Assembly: GCA_965203325.1 (NCBI GenBank)
Contig: OZ241875.1
Span: forward strand, 224,001 to 288,000
Source: a bacterium
Lineage (GTDB): Bacteria > UBA8248
Reading direction: 5' to 3'
Length of the DNA stretch: 64,000 nucleotides
Below, one piece after another: positions 18,621 to 27,760 of the stretch. The translations under genes were made by a program, and so were the position numbers. Below the pieces are notes generated by a model. It saw only the letters and a list, made by a program, of their open reading frames with translations. It had not been told where the DNA came from and ran no database searches. Position 1 is the stretch's first letter. Each line of letters begins with the position of its first letter.

Positions 18621-19598
18621 CTAATTCGGCAGTTTGTAGCCGACTTCTTTCCAGTAACGCTCTGCGCCCGGATGCGCTTTCAGGTTGATGGCGGCCATCC
18701 CTTTCAGGTCCGGGGCCGTCACGAAGCCCGAAGCCCAGCCCTTGTGCACCTTGAGCAGGAACTCGCGGCCCTTCTTCGAGAAGTTGATGCGCGCCACTTC
18801 ATACACCACGTCGTTGGGCACGTTGCAGCCCACGATGGTCCACGCGGCGTAGCCGATGGTGGGCACCGGCTTGTCGACGCCGTTGTAAGCGTTCTTGACG
18901 ATGGTGGTATTGAAATAGGCCTTGTTCGACTTGAGGAGGCCGTCGCCCACTTTCCCGTCCACAGGTACGAGGGTGATGGGAAGCGAGGTCGCCAGCTTCA
19001 GGACGGCCGGAGAGGGAACCGGGTTCGGGATGGTGAATGCGTCGAGGCGGCCGTCTTTGACGGCATCGGCCGCCACGTTCCAGTTCAGGTTCTCCTCGCG
19101 CACCTTGATGCCGGCGAGCGCCACGATGGTTCGCGTCATGAAGTGCGTGCTGCTGCCCCGGCGCGCGAAGCTTACGCGTTTGCCGTTCAAGTCGGCGACC
19201 GTCTTGATGCCCGAGTCCTTCCGAACGGCGATGTGGAACTGCGAAACCGTGCCGGGTCCGAAGCCGCACACGTTCTTGTAGGGCTTCTTGAACATCTTCT
19301 TGCCCTTGAGCGCCAAATCCACGAGCGTGGCGACGCCCAGAGCGAACTCGGCCTTGCCGTTTTCGACCAGACGGATGTCTTCCACCGCGCCGCGTGTGGT
19401 GAGGTTGTTCATCTCGACGGTCTTCGATTCCTTGGACACCAGAGCCGCGAGGCCGCCCCAGATCACGTAGGCGGCGGCGCCGGGCCCGGCGCTGGCGACC
19501 GAGGTCTTGATGCGTGCGGCTTCGGCGCTCGAGAACGACAGGCCGACCGCCAGCGTGAAAGCGACTGCTGCAACCGCAGCGTTTTTCAGGTACTTCAT
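18621..19598 (-). CDS. TAXI-family TRAP solute-binding protein
   Basis: Signal peptide, TRGAVED, IKTVADLNGKRVS, HPGAERYWKE; AAGGAGG upstream. Confidence 0.92.
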   Translation of the reverse strand: MKYLKNAAVAAVAFTLAVGLSFSSAEAARIKTSVASAGPGAAAYVIWGGLAALVSKESKTVEMNNLTTRGAVEDIRLVENGKAEFALGVATLVDLALKGKKMFKKPYKNVCGFGPGTVSQFHIAVRKDSGIKTVADLNGKRVSFARRGSSTHFMTRTIVALAGIKVREENLNWNVAADAVKDGRLDAFTIPNPVPSPAVLKLATSLPITLVPVDGKVGDGLLKSNKAYFNTTIVKNAYNGVDKPVPTIGYAAWTIVGCNVPNDVVYEVARINFSKKGREFLLKVHKGWASGFVTAPDLKGMAAINLKAHPGAERYWKEVGYKLPN

Positions 19599-19670
19599 CT
19601 GTTTCTCCTCCTTGGTGAATAGTGATGCCACGAAAAAACGATTCCCGGAATGCTTACCCAAATACGAGAA

Positions 19671-20159
19671 TCAGGAACTCTCCTCTTCTTCGCGAAACGT
19701 GTCGATGTCGCAATAGAGCTCGATGTAGTTTCCGTCCGGGTCGCAGAAATAAAAAGCGCGGTTCCCGCTGCCCGCCTCGAACCCGTCTCCCTCGGGGCCG
19801 TGCACCAGGGGGCCGTATTCGATCTTGACGCCGCACTCTTTCACGTGCCGAAGCGCCTTGAGCCACTCTCCCCGGTCCGGCAACTCAAAAGCGACGTGCT
19901 GAAACCCCGGTTTGGCCTCCGCCATGGAATTGCCCGATTCGGGATACAGCCCCGGGGCATCCTCCGGGGCCTGGAAGAATACGACCTCATGATGGGTGAC
20001 GTCGCATCTTAAAAATACGGAAGCCCCGCCCGGCACCTTCGCGCCCGGCCCACTCCTGCTCGTTACCCGGAAGCCCAGCACGCGCGTGTAGAAATCCTCC
20101 ATCCGGTCCAGGTCTTTGGTCCAGAACCCGACGTGCCCTATTTTCGTCGTCTTGAACAT
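19671..20159 (-). CDS. VOC family protein (paralogue of 2788-3390)
   Basis: IGHVGF, FYTRVLGF, FQHVAFE, YFCDPDGNYIE. Confidence 0.85.
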   Translation of the reverse strand: MFKTTKIGHVGFWTKDLDRMEDFYTRVLGFRVTSRSGPGAKVPGGASVFLRCDVTHHEVVFFQAPEDAPGLYPESGNSMAEAKPGFQHVAFELPDRGEWLKALRHVKECGVKIEYGPLVHGPEGDGFEAGSGNRAFYFCDPDGNYIELYCDIDTFREEEESS

Positions 20160-20333
20160 AAAAACCGGTTCACCATCGGCAGAGGCGTTGGAGGGAAAAT
20201 GAATGGAATAGTCCCGCCTTCTCGTCCTCGCAACCACCCCTTGAATTAAAATTCCCGTATGACGAAACCTTAAACCATACCGCAGGACAAAAAGCAAGAA
20301 ACCTCACGGCCTCGGCTCAGAAACGAAACTCAA

Positions 20334-20443
20334 GGGGTTGTTGAAAAAGTCTCTCAAGTGATGCGCAAGGGTGTAGGGGTCGCATACATGCGACCCTGCA
20401 TTTTTCGCCTCCCGGCGATGGGCCGCATGTATGCGGCCCCTAC
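20334..20443. repeat. Terminal-repeat-like end plus inverted GTAG REP doublet (CATAYATG core)
   Basis: GGGGTTGTTGAAAAA; GTAGGGGTCGCATACATGCGACCC ... GGGCCGCATGTATGCGGCCCCTAC. Confidence 0.8.
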
Positions 20444-20562
20444 AAAAGAGCATGCCCCCACCACATCAGCCTCCGCACAAACCGCTCGGTTTCTGCTCCA
20501 ATCCCTCATTCCTCAATCGGAATTGACCCTCAAGGGGCAGGGGCTGTATGACTGAGACGGCG

Positions 20563-21927
20563 TCAATCTTGCGTTTCGACATCCGGAAACTCCGCGACCC
20601 AGCCCAGTTCCGCCTCGCACCAGCGGGCGGCGGAGAGAAGCGCGGCCTCCCCGAAGCGGCGCCCGCCCAGTTGAATCCCGATGGGCAGATTCTCATCCCC
20701 CCGGCCTACCGGGAGGGAAATGGCCGGAAACCCGATTTGCGTGAACGGCTCGTTGAACAGGGCGTTTCCGGTGGATTCCTCGGCGATGGGGGGGCGCTCC
20801 ACGTGGGAGGGCAGGATGACGAGGTCGAATCCCCGGAAGAAATCCGCCATCCGCTGAATGAAGCGCGCGCGAAAGCGCAGGGCGTTCACGTAGTGAACCG
20901 CAGGCGTCATCAGGCCCGTCGAGATATTTTTTCGAATCTGGGAAGCATAGGCGTCCTGATTCTCCAGGAACATCGCCTCGTGATAGGCGGCCGCCTCCAC
21001 GCGCATGATGATGCGGTGCGCCGCGTGCATCTCGTCCACGTCCACCGGCAGCTTCGCCTCCTCTACCTCCACGCCATTGGTCTTGAGACTCGCCACGCAC
21101 TCCTCCATTCGCTCGGCCACCTCTTCGCTCGCGTGGGGGAGGAGATCCTCTTTCCAGAAACAAACGCGTTCCGGCTTCACTGGTGCGGAGGCCTCGGCGT
21201 AATCGGGCACGGCGACGTCGGGCGCCTGGGCGTCGACCCCGTCCGCGCCTGAGATGGCCGTGAGCACGCGCGCCGCATCCTCGGAACACCGGGTGATGAC
21301 GCCCACGTGGTCCAGATTCCACGACACCGTGATCAGCCCGCTTCTGGGGATACGACCGTAGGTGGGCTTGAGCCCCACCACGCCGCAAAACGCGGCAGGC
21401 CGCAAGGTCGAACCGCCCGTCTGGCTCCCCAGGGCCGCCGGTACCATCCCGACGGCCACCGCCGCCGCGGAGCCGCTGCTCGAACCGCCGGGGCTATGCT
21501 TCAGGTTCCACGGATTCCGCGTTTCCGAAGGGTCGGAGGTGGCGAACTGCGTGGTGACCGTCTTGCCGAGGCAGATTACGCCCGCATTTTTCAGGCGCGT
21601 CGTGACGGTGGCGTCCCCATCCGCTATTTGGCCTTTCAACAGCGGAGAGTTCGCCTCGCGCGGCAGGCCGGCGACATCCACGATGTCCTTGTAGCCGATG
21701 GCGGCGCCCCCGAGCGGCCCGTTCCCCTCACTGTTCGCGAGTCGCTCGTCAACCGCCTTCGCTTCTGCGAGCGCGCCCTCCCCCGCCACGTGCGCCCACG
21801 CCAGGATTTTACCCTCCAGCGCGTCGATCCGCTCCAGCAAAGAGCGCGTCCATTCAGAGGCGGACAAACCGCCTTCATTGATTTTTTTCAATCCATCCGA
21901 GAGGCTCAAGCGCCAAGGTTCATTCAT
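20563..21927 (-). CDS. Amidase signature family enzyme
   Basis: YKD (Lys), PGGSSSGSAAAV, GSQTGGS.LRPA Ser-cisSer-Lys triad. Confidence 0.93.
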   Translation of the reverse strand: MNEPWRLSLSDGLKKINEGGLSASEWTRSLLERIDALEGKILAWAHVAGEGALAEAKAVDERLANSEGNGPLGGAAIGYKDIVDVAGLPREANSPLLKGQIADGDATVTTRLKNAGVICLGKTVTTQFATSDPSETRNPWNLKHSPGGSSSGSAAAVAVGMVPAALGSQTGGSTLRPAAFCGVVGLKPTYGRIPRSGLITVSWNLDHVGVITRCSEDAARVLTAISGADGVDAQAPDVAVPDYAEASAPVKPERVCFWKEDLLPHASEEVAERMEECVASLKTNGVEVEEAKLPVDVDEMHAAHRIIMRVEAAAYHEAMFLENQDAYASQIRKNISTGLMTPAVHYVNALRFRARFIQRMADFFRGFDLVILPSHVERPPIAEESTGNALFNEPFTQIGFPAISLPVGRGDENLPIGIQLGGRRFGEAALLSAARWCEAELGWVAEFPDVETQD

Positions 21928-21963
21928 TTTTCACTCCCTTGCTTTCCTATCACTCAACATGGT

Positions 21964-22137
21964 TTATCTATCCAGTTCTTCGAGTTTCTCCAGTATTTCG
22001 AGCAGATGGGGTTTTCCCCCCGCCGGCGGCCGCCAGCGCACCTGCGTCACGGCCACGTTCTGGTCTCTCAGTGCATCCGCGAAAATCTCGAGACCCAGAT
22101 TCACGACCCGAAGCGGTTTCCGGCGCAAGTCTTTCAT
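21964..22137 (-). CDS. Small stand-alone FdrA C-terminal-domain protein (57 aa; not in ORF track)
   Basis: MKDLRRKPLRVVNLGLEIFADALRDQNVAVTQVRWRPPAGGKPHLLEILEKLEELDR. ATGA overlap with the fdrA stop; resembles the VINIGL..F...L....W.P.AGG tail of enterobacterial FdrA. Confidence 0.8.
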   Translation of the reverse strand: MKDLRRKPLRVVNLGLEIFADALRDQNVAVTQVRWRPPAGGKPHLLEILEKLEELDR

Positions 22138-23630
22138 GATCCATCGCCTTCGAGTAACTCTGGCCGCACCACAGCGGCGGCGAAGCGCGCCGCCTGCGCG
22201 TTCGAAGGCAGCACGGCTACACCGGCGTCCTCGAGGATCCGCACTTGCTCGTCCAGGCCTTGCGGGTCGTCCGCCGTCCCCACCACGGAGGCGACGAACA
22301 GCGGACTCCTGTCTTTGCCTCTGGCCTCTTTTATCGCCCGCACCAGCGGACCCGCCGGGTCCTGTGCGCTCCCTCTGCCCAGCACCAAATCAAGCAAGAC
22401 CACGCCGAAGCCTTCCGCCTCCAGGATCGCCTCCGCGCGGGATTCCGGGTCGACCATGGGATGGGGCTTGCCGACCGTGTAGCGGTCATCGCCCAGGTCG
22501 AGAATCCGGTGGCGACCCGCATCCTCGTTCCAGGAAACTTCTCCGAGCAGGGATTCGAGAATCAGACGGCTCTCATGGGCGAGCGTACCGCCCGAGAACA
22601 GCCCCAAAACGCCCCCGCCGCCCGGCGCGTCGCCCGGCTCCAGGGAGACAATTTTCTCTTTCAGCCCTGCTTGCGCAAAGAAATTTTCAGGTTCGTAGCT
22701 CTCCCCTTTCAGGATCGCCGCCACGGCGTGGCCCGCATCTTCCAGAGTCTCCGCCCAGCCCGGTTTTTCCGCACCCAAAAAGCAGACAACGTGCGGTTTG
22801 TCGAAGTTTTCGAGCGCCTCTTCGATTTCAGGCAGCACCTCCGGGTCGGGCGGCTTGGATATGAGCGCCACAATTTCCGTTTCCGGATCGTCCGACAGGA
22901 AATCGAGCGCATGGAGCGTCATCAGCCCGCCGACTTCCGCGGACAAATCGCGTCCGCCCACGCCGATTCCGTGGGAAATCCCCTCGCCCAGGGCATCGAG
23001 TTGAGAGGCCACGGCTTGCAAGCCCGTGCCGGAGGCGGCGATGCAGCCCACACGCCCCGGCTTCACGGCGTTGGCGAAGCCGAGTCCGATTCCTGCGATG
23101 TACGCCGTTCCGCAGTCGGGGCCCATCAGGAGCAAATCGCGCTCGATGGCCTCCCGCTTGAGCGCCACTTCGTCATCCACCGATACGTTGTCGCTGAAGA
23201 GGAACACGTGGAGCCCGGCCCGCAGGGCGTCCATGGCTTCTTTCGCGGCATGGGCGCCGGGTATGGAGATAACCGCCAGGTTGGATTCGGGCGCTGCGGC
23301 GAGCGCACCCGCCAGACTCGACGGCGAAAAATCACTCGCGCCGCCATCCCCGACCCGCGCTTGCTTGAGAAAGGCTTTCGCCTCCTCGATCGCCTCGAAT
23401 GCCAGCGCTTGCGAATCCGCCTCCACGGCCAGCACCAGATCGTTCGGCCCGGCCTCGACCTCGTTCTCTTCGGCCAGTCCCGCCTGAAGCATGATCTCCT
23501 GATTCGCGGGCGTGCCCATGAGCGCCGCGACTTCCGAGATGCCCCTCTTCTTGCGAATCTCGCGCGCCAGGCGCATGAGTTTTACGGAATCCTGATAAAA
23601 CGAAGGCAGTACGGCCCTTGCGAGCGGCAA
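22134..23630 (-). CDS. fdrA: FdrA/YahF-like acyl-CoA synthetase (succinyl-CoA ligase alpha-like)
   Basis: YQDSVKLM, MGTPAN, FSDNV, MGPDCGT, ASGTGLQ, GGRDLS, SKPP, DLGDD.YT.GKPHPM (phospho-His). Confidence 0.9.
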   Translation of the reverse strand: MPLARAVLPSFYQDSVKLMRLAREIRKKRGISEVAALMGTPANQEIMLQAGLAEENEVEAGPNDLVLAVEADSQALAFEAIEEAKAFLKQARVGDGGASDFSPSSLAGALAAAPESNLAVISIPGAHAAKEAMDALRAGLHVFLFSDNVSVDDEVALKREAIERDLLLMGPDCGTAYIAGIGLGFANAVKPGRVGCIAASGTGLQAVASQLDALGEGISHGIGVGGRDLSAEVGGLMTLHALDFLSDDPETEIVALISKPPDPEVLPEIEEALENFDKPHVVCFLGAEKPGWAETLEDAGHAVAAILKGESYEPENFFAQAGLKEKIVSLEPGDAPGGGGVLGLFSGGTLAHESRLILESLLGEVSWNEDAGRHRILDLGDDRYTVGKPHPMVDPESRAEAILEAEGFGVVLLDLVLGRGSAQDPAGPLVRAIKEARGKDRSPLFVASVVGTADDPQGLDEQVRILEDAGVAVLPSNAQAARFAAAVVRPELLEGDGS

Positions 23631-23631
23631 T

Positions 23632-23817
23632 TTATTTCGTTTCTTCGGCGGGTGGAGTGAAAGGCTCCAGCGTTTTCTCGAGTGAGGCGGACGACAGCGT
23701 CTGCATCATTTCCGCCACCTCATCGGCGAATCCGGCGATGCGTTCTTCATCTTCCAAGCCGAAGACATCCCGCCCCACCCTCACGAGTTGTGCGGCGACC
23801 TCTGATTTTTCATTCAT
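23632..23817 (-). CDS. Small hypothetical protein (61 aa), possible GatC/AtzG-like amidase partner
   Basis: ATG overlaps the ubiX stop and the ORF ends 1 nt before fdrA. Helical, with an L....EPF C-terminus. Confidence 0.6.
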   Translation of the reverse strand: MNEKSEVAAQLVRVGRDVFGLEDEERIAGFADEVAEMMQTLSSASLEKTLEPFTPPAEETK

Positions 23818-24428
23818 TCGCTCGTTTCTCCCTCGGTTCTCGACGATAAAGTCTTTCGCTCCGGGTGCTGGCCCCGCCACTGCTCGAAGAGGTTCTGCTC
23901 CAGCCCCAGGCAGGTGAGCGTCTTGCCCACCACGTGATCGATCAAGTCCTCCATCGTCTGCGGCTTGAAATAGAACCCCGGCGACGCAGGCAGGATGAAT
24001 ACGCCCATCAGGGCGAGCTTGTGCATGTTCTCCAGATGAACCGCCGAGAGCGGCATCTCGCGCGGCAGGAGAACGAGTTTTTTCTGCTCCTTGAGCATCA
24101 CGTCCGCCGCGCGGCAGATGAGGTTCTCCCCCGTGCCGGTGGCTATCTGACCGAGCGTCTTGAGCGAGCAAGGCGCAATCACCATCGCGTCGAAGCCTGC
24201 GCTCCCGCTCGCGGGCCTTGCGCCGATGTCGCTTTCGGGATGAACGACGCTCGCCCAGGAAGAGAGGCGGGCCAGGTCCACGTCCGTCTCGTAGGCCAGT
24301 ACGCGGACCCCCGCCTTGGAGACGACGAGGTGCGTCTCCACTTCGGGATACGCGTCGTGCAAGACTTCCATGAGGCGCACGCCGTAAATCGAACCGGAAG
24401 CGCCCGTAACACCCACCACCAGCTTCAT
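23814..24428 (-). CDS. ubiX: Flavin prenyltransferase UbiX
   Basis: GVTGASG.IYG, ASGS, APCS.KTL, NLI.RAADV.LKE, PRE.P, P..PGFY.KP. Confidence 0.95.
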   Translation of the reverse strand: MKLVVGVTGASGSIYGVRLMEVLHDAYPEVETHLVVSKAGVRVLAYETDVDLARLSSWASVVHPESDIGARPASGSAGFDAMVIAPCSLKTLGQIATGTGENLICRAADVMLKEQKKLVLLPREMPLSAVHLENMHKLALMGVFILPASPGFYFKPQTMEDLIDHVVGKTLTCLGLEQNLFEQWRGQHPERKTLSSRTEGETSE

Positions 24429-24453
24429 CGGAAAACTCCAGTTTCAAGCAAAC

Positions 24454-25344
24454 CTACAAGCGCGTCTTCGCGATCTTCTCGTAGTCACGATACAACAAGG
24501 TAAAATCTTTTTCGATCATCCCGCGCTTGACGGCTTTTTCCAGAAACGCGAGCGTGGCTTCCCCGTGTTCGGTATGCGCCCTGTGCTTCTCGCCCATCTT
24601 CACGGCCATGCCGACGTCCTTGATCATGTTGTAGACGCGCGATTTGCCGTCCCACTTTTCGGACAGTATGTGGTTCGGAAAACGGAACTGGCTCGCGTAG
24701 CTCCGCGCGTTCGAGACGTTGAACACGTCGATCATGTCCTCGACCTTGAGGCCCACCCGCTCGGCGAGCTTTCCTCCCTCGCAGGTCGCCATGAAGATGG
24801 AATGGCAGACCATGTTGTGAATCAACTTCATGGCGTGGCCCGCGCCGCTCTCGCCCAGATAGAAGAGGTTATCCGCGATGGGGGTCAAAAATCGCTTCGT
24901 GCGGCGATATGCCCGTTCGTCCCCGCCTATCATGAGCGTGAGCGTTCCTGCGGCGGCGCCCGTCGCGCCGCCGCTCATGCCGGCGTCGAGAAACGCCACC
25001 CCCTTCACCTTCGCGCGCCGGGCGATCTTCCGGCTCACAGCGGGGTCCGAACTCGTGAAGTCGTAGATCACGAGGTTCTTTCGCGCGTTCGCCAGAACGC
25101 CCCCTCTTCCCTTGAGAGCCTCCTCGATTTCGGGCGAACCGGGCACCACGAAGATGATGACGCTCGCCTGCCCGGCCATCTCGCCCGGGTCGAGAATTTC
25201 AACGCCCCGTTTTCTCTCCCACGGCTTTCGCGCCTCAGGGGCCACGTCCCAGACCATCAAGGGGATTTTCGCCTTGTGCAGATTCCCTGCGACGCCGCGC
25301 CCCATGTTCCCCAAGCCGACCACGCCTACCTTCGCCTGCGCCAT
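24454..25344 (-). CDS. 3-hydroxyisobutyrate dehydrogenase-family oxidoreductase
   Basis: GLGNMG, DAGMSGG, MKLIHN. Confidence 0.9.
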   Translation of the reverse strand: MAQAKVGVVGLGNMGRGVAGNLHKAKIPLMVWDVAPEARKPWERKRGVEILDPGEMAGQASVIIFVVPGSPEIEEALKGRGGVLANARKNLVIYDFTSSDPAVSRKIARRAKVKGVAFLDAGMSGGATGAAAGTLTLMIGGDERAYRRTKRFLTPIADNLFYLGESGAGHAMKLIHNMVCHSIFMATCEGGKLAERVGLKVEDMIDVFNVSNARSYASQFRFPNHILSEKWDGKSRVYNMIKDVGMAVKMGEKHRAHTEHGEATLAFLEKAVKRGMIEKDFTLLYRDYEKIAKTRL

Positions 25345-25380
25345 ATCCTGGTTCCTCTCCTTCCTGTATCTACCCGCCGT

Positions 25381-27105
25381 CTATTCCCGGGCCGCTGCGG
25401 GCGTATACGTCTTGAGCGGGTCCGTATCGAACAATATCCCGCCATCCTCCCCGTGCGCGAGGCGCGTGACGAAACTGCAGTTCGCCTCGTCCGTTTCGGG
25501 GTAATCCAGCCGGAAATGCGCCCCCCGGCTCTCTTCCCTGTTGAGCGCGGCGGTGGCGAGGAGTTTCCCCAGAAGCGCCAGGTTCCGGACCGAGAGCGCG
25601 CTTTCGAGTTCCTGGCCTTTTGTTTTCTCAGAGGCGCGCGCGCCGTCATCGAGCCGCATATTGAGGATATCCTCGTTCTCAATGCGCGCATATTCATCCA
25701 GCGCGTCCCGGCAGCCCCCGGCGTCGCGTATGGGGCCGAGCTTCTCGTGCGCGAGCATCCGGCAGCGCATGCGCACGTCTTTCTGGAGCGGGCCCTCCTC
25801 GCGCTCGATGAGCGCTTCCAGCCAGGCGCGCTCCGCTTCGGGAATGCCGCCGAAAACAGCCGGCGCGTCCCGTCCGCTCGCCTTCACCCCTTCAGAAACC
25901 TCCTTGCCCGCTCGTCTCCCGTAGACCAGCGAGGCCGAAAGCGCCGAGCCGCCGATGCGGTTGCCGCCGTGGATGCCGCCCCCCGTCTCGCCCGCGGCCC
26001 AAAGGCCCGGCACGCGCGTTTTTCCATTAACGTCTATCTCCAGACCGCCGAGCCATGTGTGGCTGCCCGGCGCCACCTCGAGCGGCGTTTTCGTGATGTC
26101 GATGCCGCGCGAGAGACAGGTTTTGTATACGTGGGGGATCTGTTTCTGGATCGTCTCCATGGGGACTTTCGTCGCGTCCATGTAAATGCCGCCCGTTAAG
26201 CCCGCTCTGCCTGCGTGAATCTCCTTCGCCATGGCGAGGATGACCTCGCTGCGCGTGCTTTTTTCCGCCGTGTCGGGGAAGTAGCGTTTAAGGAACGCCT
26301 CGCCCTCCTGGTTCAGGAATATGGCGCCCGCGTTGATGAACCCGGTGGGATGCGGCGCGAAGCCGAATAGTTCCTCGGGCGCGCAGCACATGGCCTGAAA
26401 ATCGATCATCTCGATGCCGAGGAGTGCTGCGCCCGCGCGAAAGCCCAGGACGTAGCCGTCGCCCGTCACCTGCGGCGGGTTGTCGTTCACGTAGAAAAGA
26501 CCGCTCCCGCCCCCCGTGGCGAGAATCACCTCACGCGCGGCGTAGACCATGAGGCAGCCGCGCGAGTAGTCCACCCCCCAGGCGCCGATGACGCGGCCAT
26601 CTTCGGTGATGAGGTCCACGATAGCCACATGGGGATGCTGGCCGATGCGGGCGTCGCCCCGAAGACGCTTCGAGAGCACCTTGGTGACCATGTTGCCCGT
26701 GGTGTCGTGGTGGTGCAGGGCGCGGGGATAGGTGTGGCTCGGGAACATCTTGAGGTCGAGGTCGCCGTTATCGGCGGTGATGAACTCCGCCCCCCAATCG
26801 CGCATGTCGCGCACGACGTCGATGATGTCGTACACCCAGGTTCTCGCCAGTTCGGGGTCGATGAGCTCGCCGCCGTATTTCAATATCTCCTGCAGGTGAA
26901 GCTCCGGACTGTCGCCCGGCGCCATCGCCGCGGCGAATCCACCCCGCGCCACGGTCGTCGTACCGCTCGTGGCGCGGCCCTTGGTGGCCTGGATAACGCG
27001 CACGCCCGCCTGCGCGCACTCGAAGGCGGCCATCGTCCCCGCTGCGCCCCCGCCCACGATCAACACGTCGGTCTCGTGGCGTTCTTCCGCGATGTTTCCC
27101 GCCAT
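25381..27105 (-). CDS. FAD-dependent oxidoreductase, SdhA/FrdA/NadB flavoprotein family (divergent)
   Basis: GGGAAG, LATGG, TGDG, H..LGG, AAGE, HGGNRIGG, REESRGAHFRLDYP. Confidence 0.9.
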   Translation of the reverse strand: MAGNIAEERHETDVLIVGGGAAGTMAAFECAQAGVRVIQATKGRATSGTTTVARGGFAAAMAPGDSPELHLQEILKYGGELIDPELARTWVYDIIDVVRDMRDWGAEFITADNGDLDLKMFPSHTYPRALHHHDTTGNMVTKVLSKRLRGDARIGQHPHVAIVDLITEDGRVIGAWGVDYSRGCLMVYAAREVILATGGGSGLFYVNDNPPQVTGDGYVLGFRAGAALLGIEMIDFQAMCCAPEELFGFAPHPTGFINAGAIFLNQEGEAFLKRYFPDTAEKSTRSEVILAMAKEIHAGRAGLTGGIYMDATKVPMETIQKQIPHVYKTCLSRGIDITKTPLEVAPGSHTWLGGLEIDVNGKTRVPGLWAAGETGGGIHGGNRIGGSALSASLVYGRRAGKEVSEGVKASGRDAPAVFGGIPEAERAWLEALIEREEGPLQKDVRMRCRMLAHEKLGPIRDAGGCRDALDEYARIENEDILNMRLDDGARASEKTKGQELESALSVRNLALLGKLLATAALNREESRGAHFRLDYPETDEANCSFVTRLAHGEDGGILFDTDPLKTYTPAAARE

Positions 27106-27372
27106 CTGAATCGTCCTTTCACACCAATGATTTATAAATGAAAAAAGATTTACGGGCGCATCTTAAACCATTTGAGGGGAAAAGACCGCCCGCGCCGGGT
27201 TTTCGAGGCAACCGGGCCGCGGCCCCTCGATGCGCGGCTTCGCCACTGCTCCAGGTGGTGAAGGCGACGGCTCCCCTCTTCGCCCAGGATGATGACGCGA
27301 ACTTCACCCGCGCTTATAATGGCGGCGCATCGCCCGGCTGCGGCCTTACGGAAACGGAGGGAGTCCTTAACC

Positions 27373-27708
27373 ATGACGCGAGTAGACGACGCGCTTCTAC
27401 GGCGGATGGTGAAGACCATCGTGGATGAGGTCGATCCCGAGCAGGTGATCCTTTTCGGCTCACGCGCACGCGGCGACGCGGGGGCGGATTCCGACGTGGA
27501 TTTCGTGGTGGTGGAAGCCGCCCCCTTTAAGGAGGGGCGGGACAGGCGCTCCGAAACGACGCGGCTTTGGCGCGCGCTGGCGGGTTTCGACGTTTCCAAG
27601 GATATTCTGCTCTTCAGCAGCGATGAAGTGGAATACTGGCGCGACTCCTTGAACCACGTCCTGGCGCGCGCCCTGCGCGAAGGCGAAGTGCTCTATGAGC
27701 GACCCTAA
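27373..27708 (+). CDS. Minimal nucleotidyltransferase (MNT) antitoxin-like protein
   Basis: ILFGSRARGDA..DSDVD motif; ends ALREGEVLYE. Confidence 0.88.
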   Translation: MTRVDDALLRRMVKTIVDEVDPEQVILFGSRARGDAGADSDVDFVVVEAAPFKEGRDRRSETTRLWRALAGFDVSKDILLFSSDEVEYWRDSLNHVLARALREGEVLYERP

Positions 27709-27760
27709 ACAGGCCAGCGTGCTCCTGGAGGCGGCGGCGCGGGACGTTCTTCGACGCGCG
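27695..27760 (+). pseudogene. Truncated HEPN-toxin-like remnant
   Basis: Start overlaps the MNT 3' end. MSDPKQASVLLEAAARD resembles a HEPN N-terminal helix, then the frame loses resemblance and runs antisense into the next gene. Confidence 0.5.
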
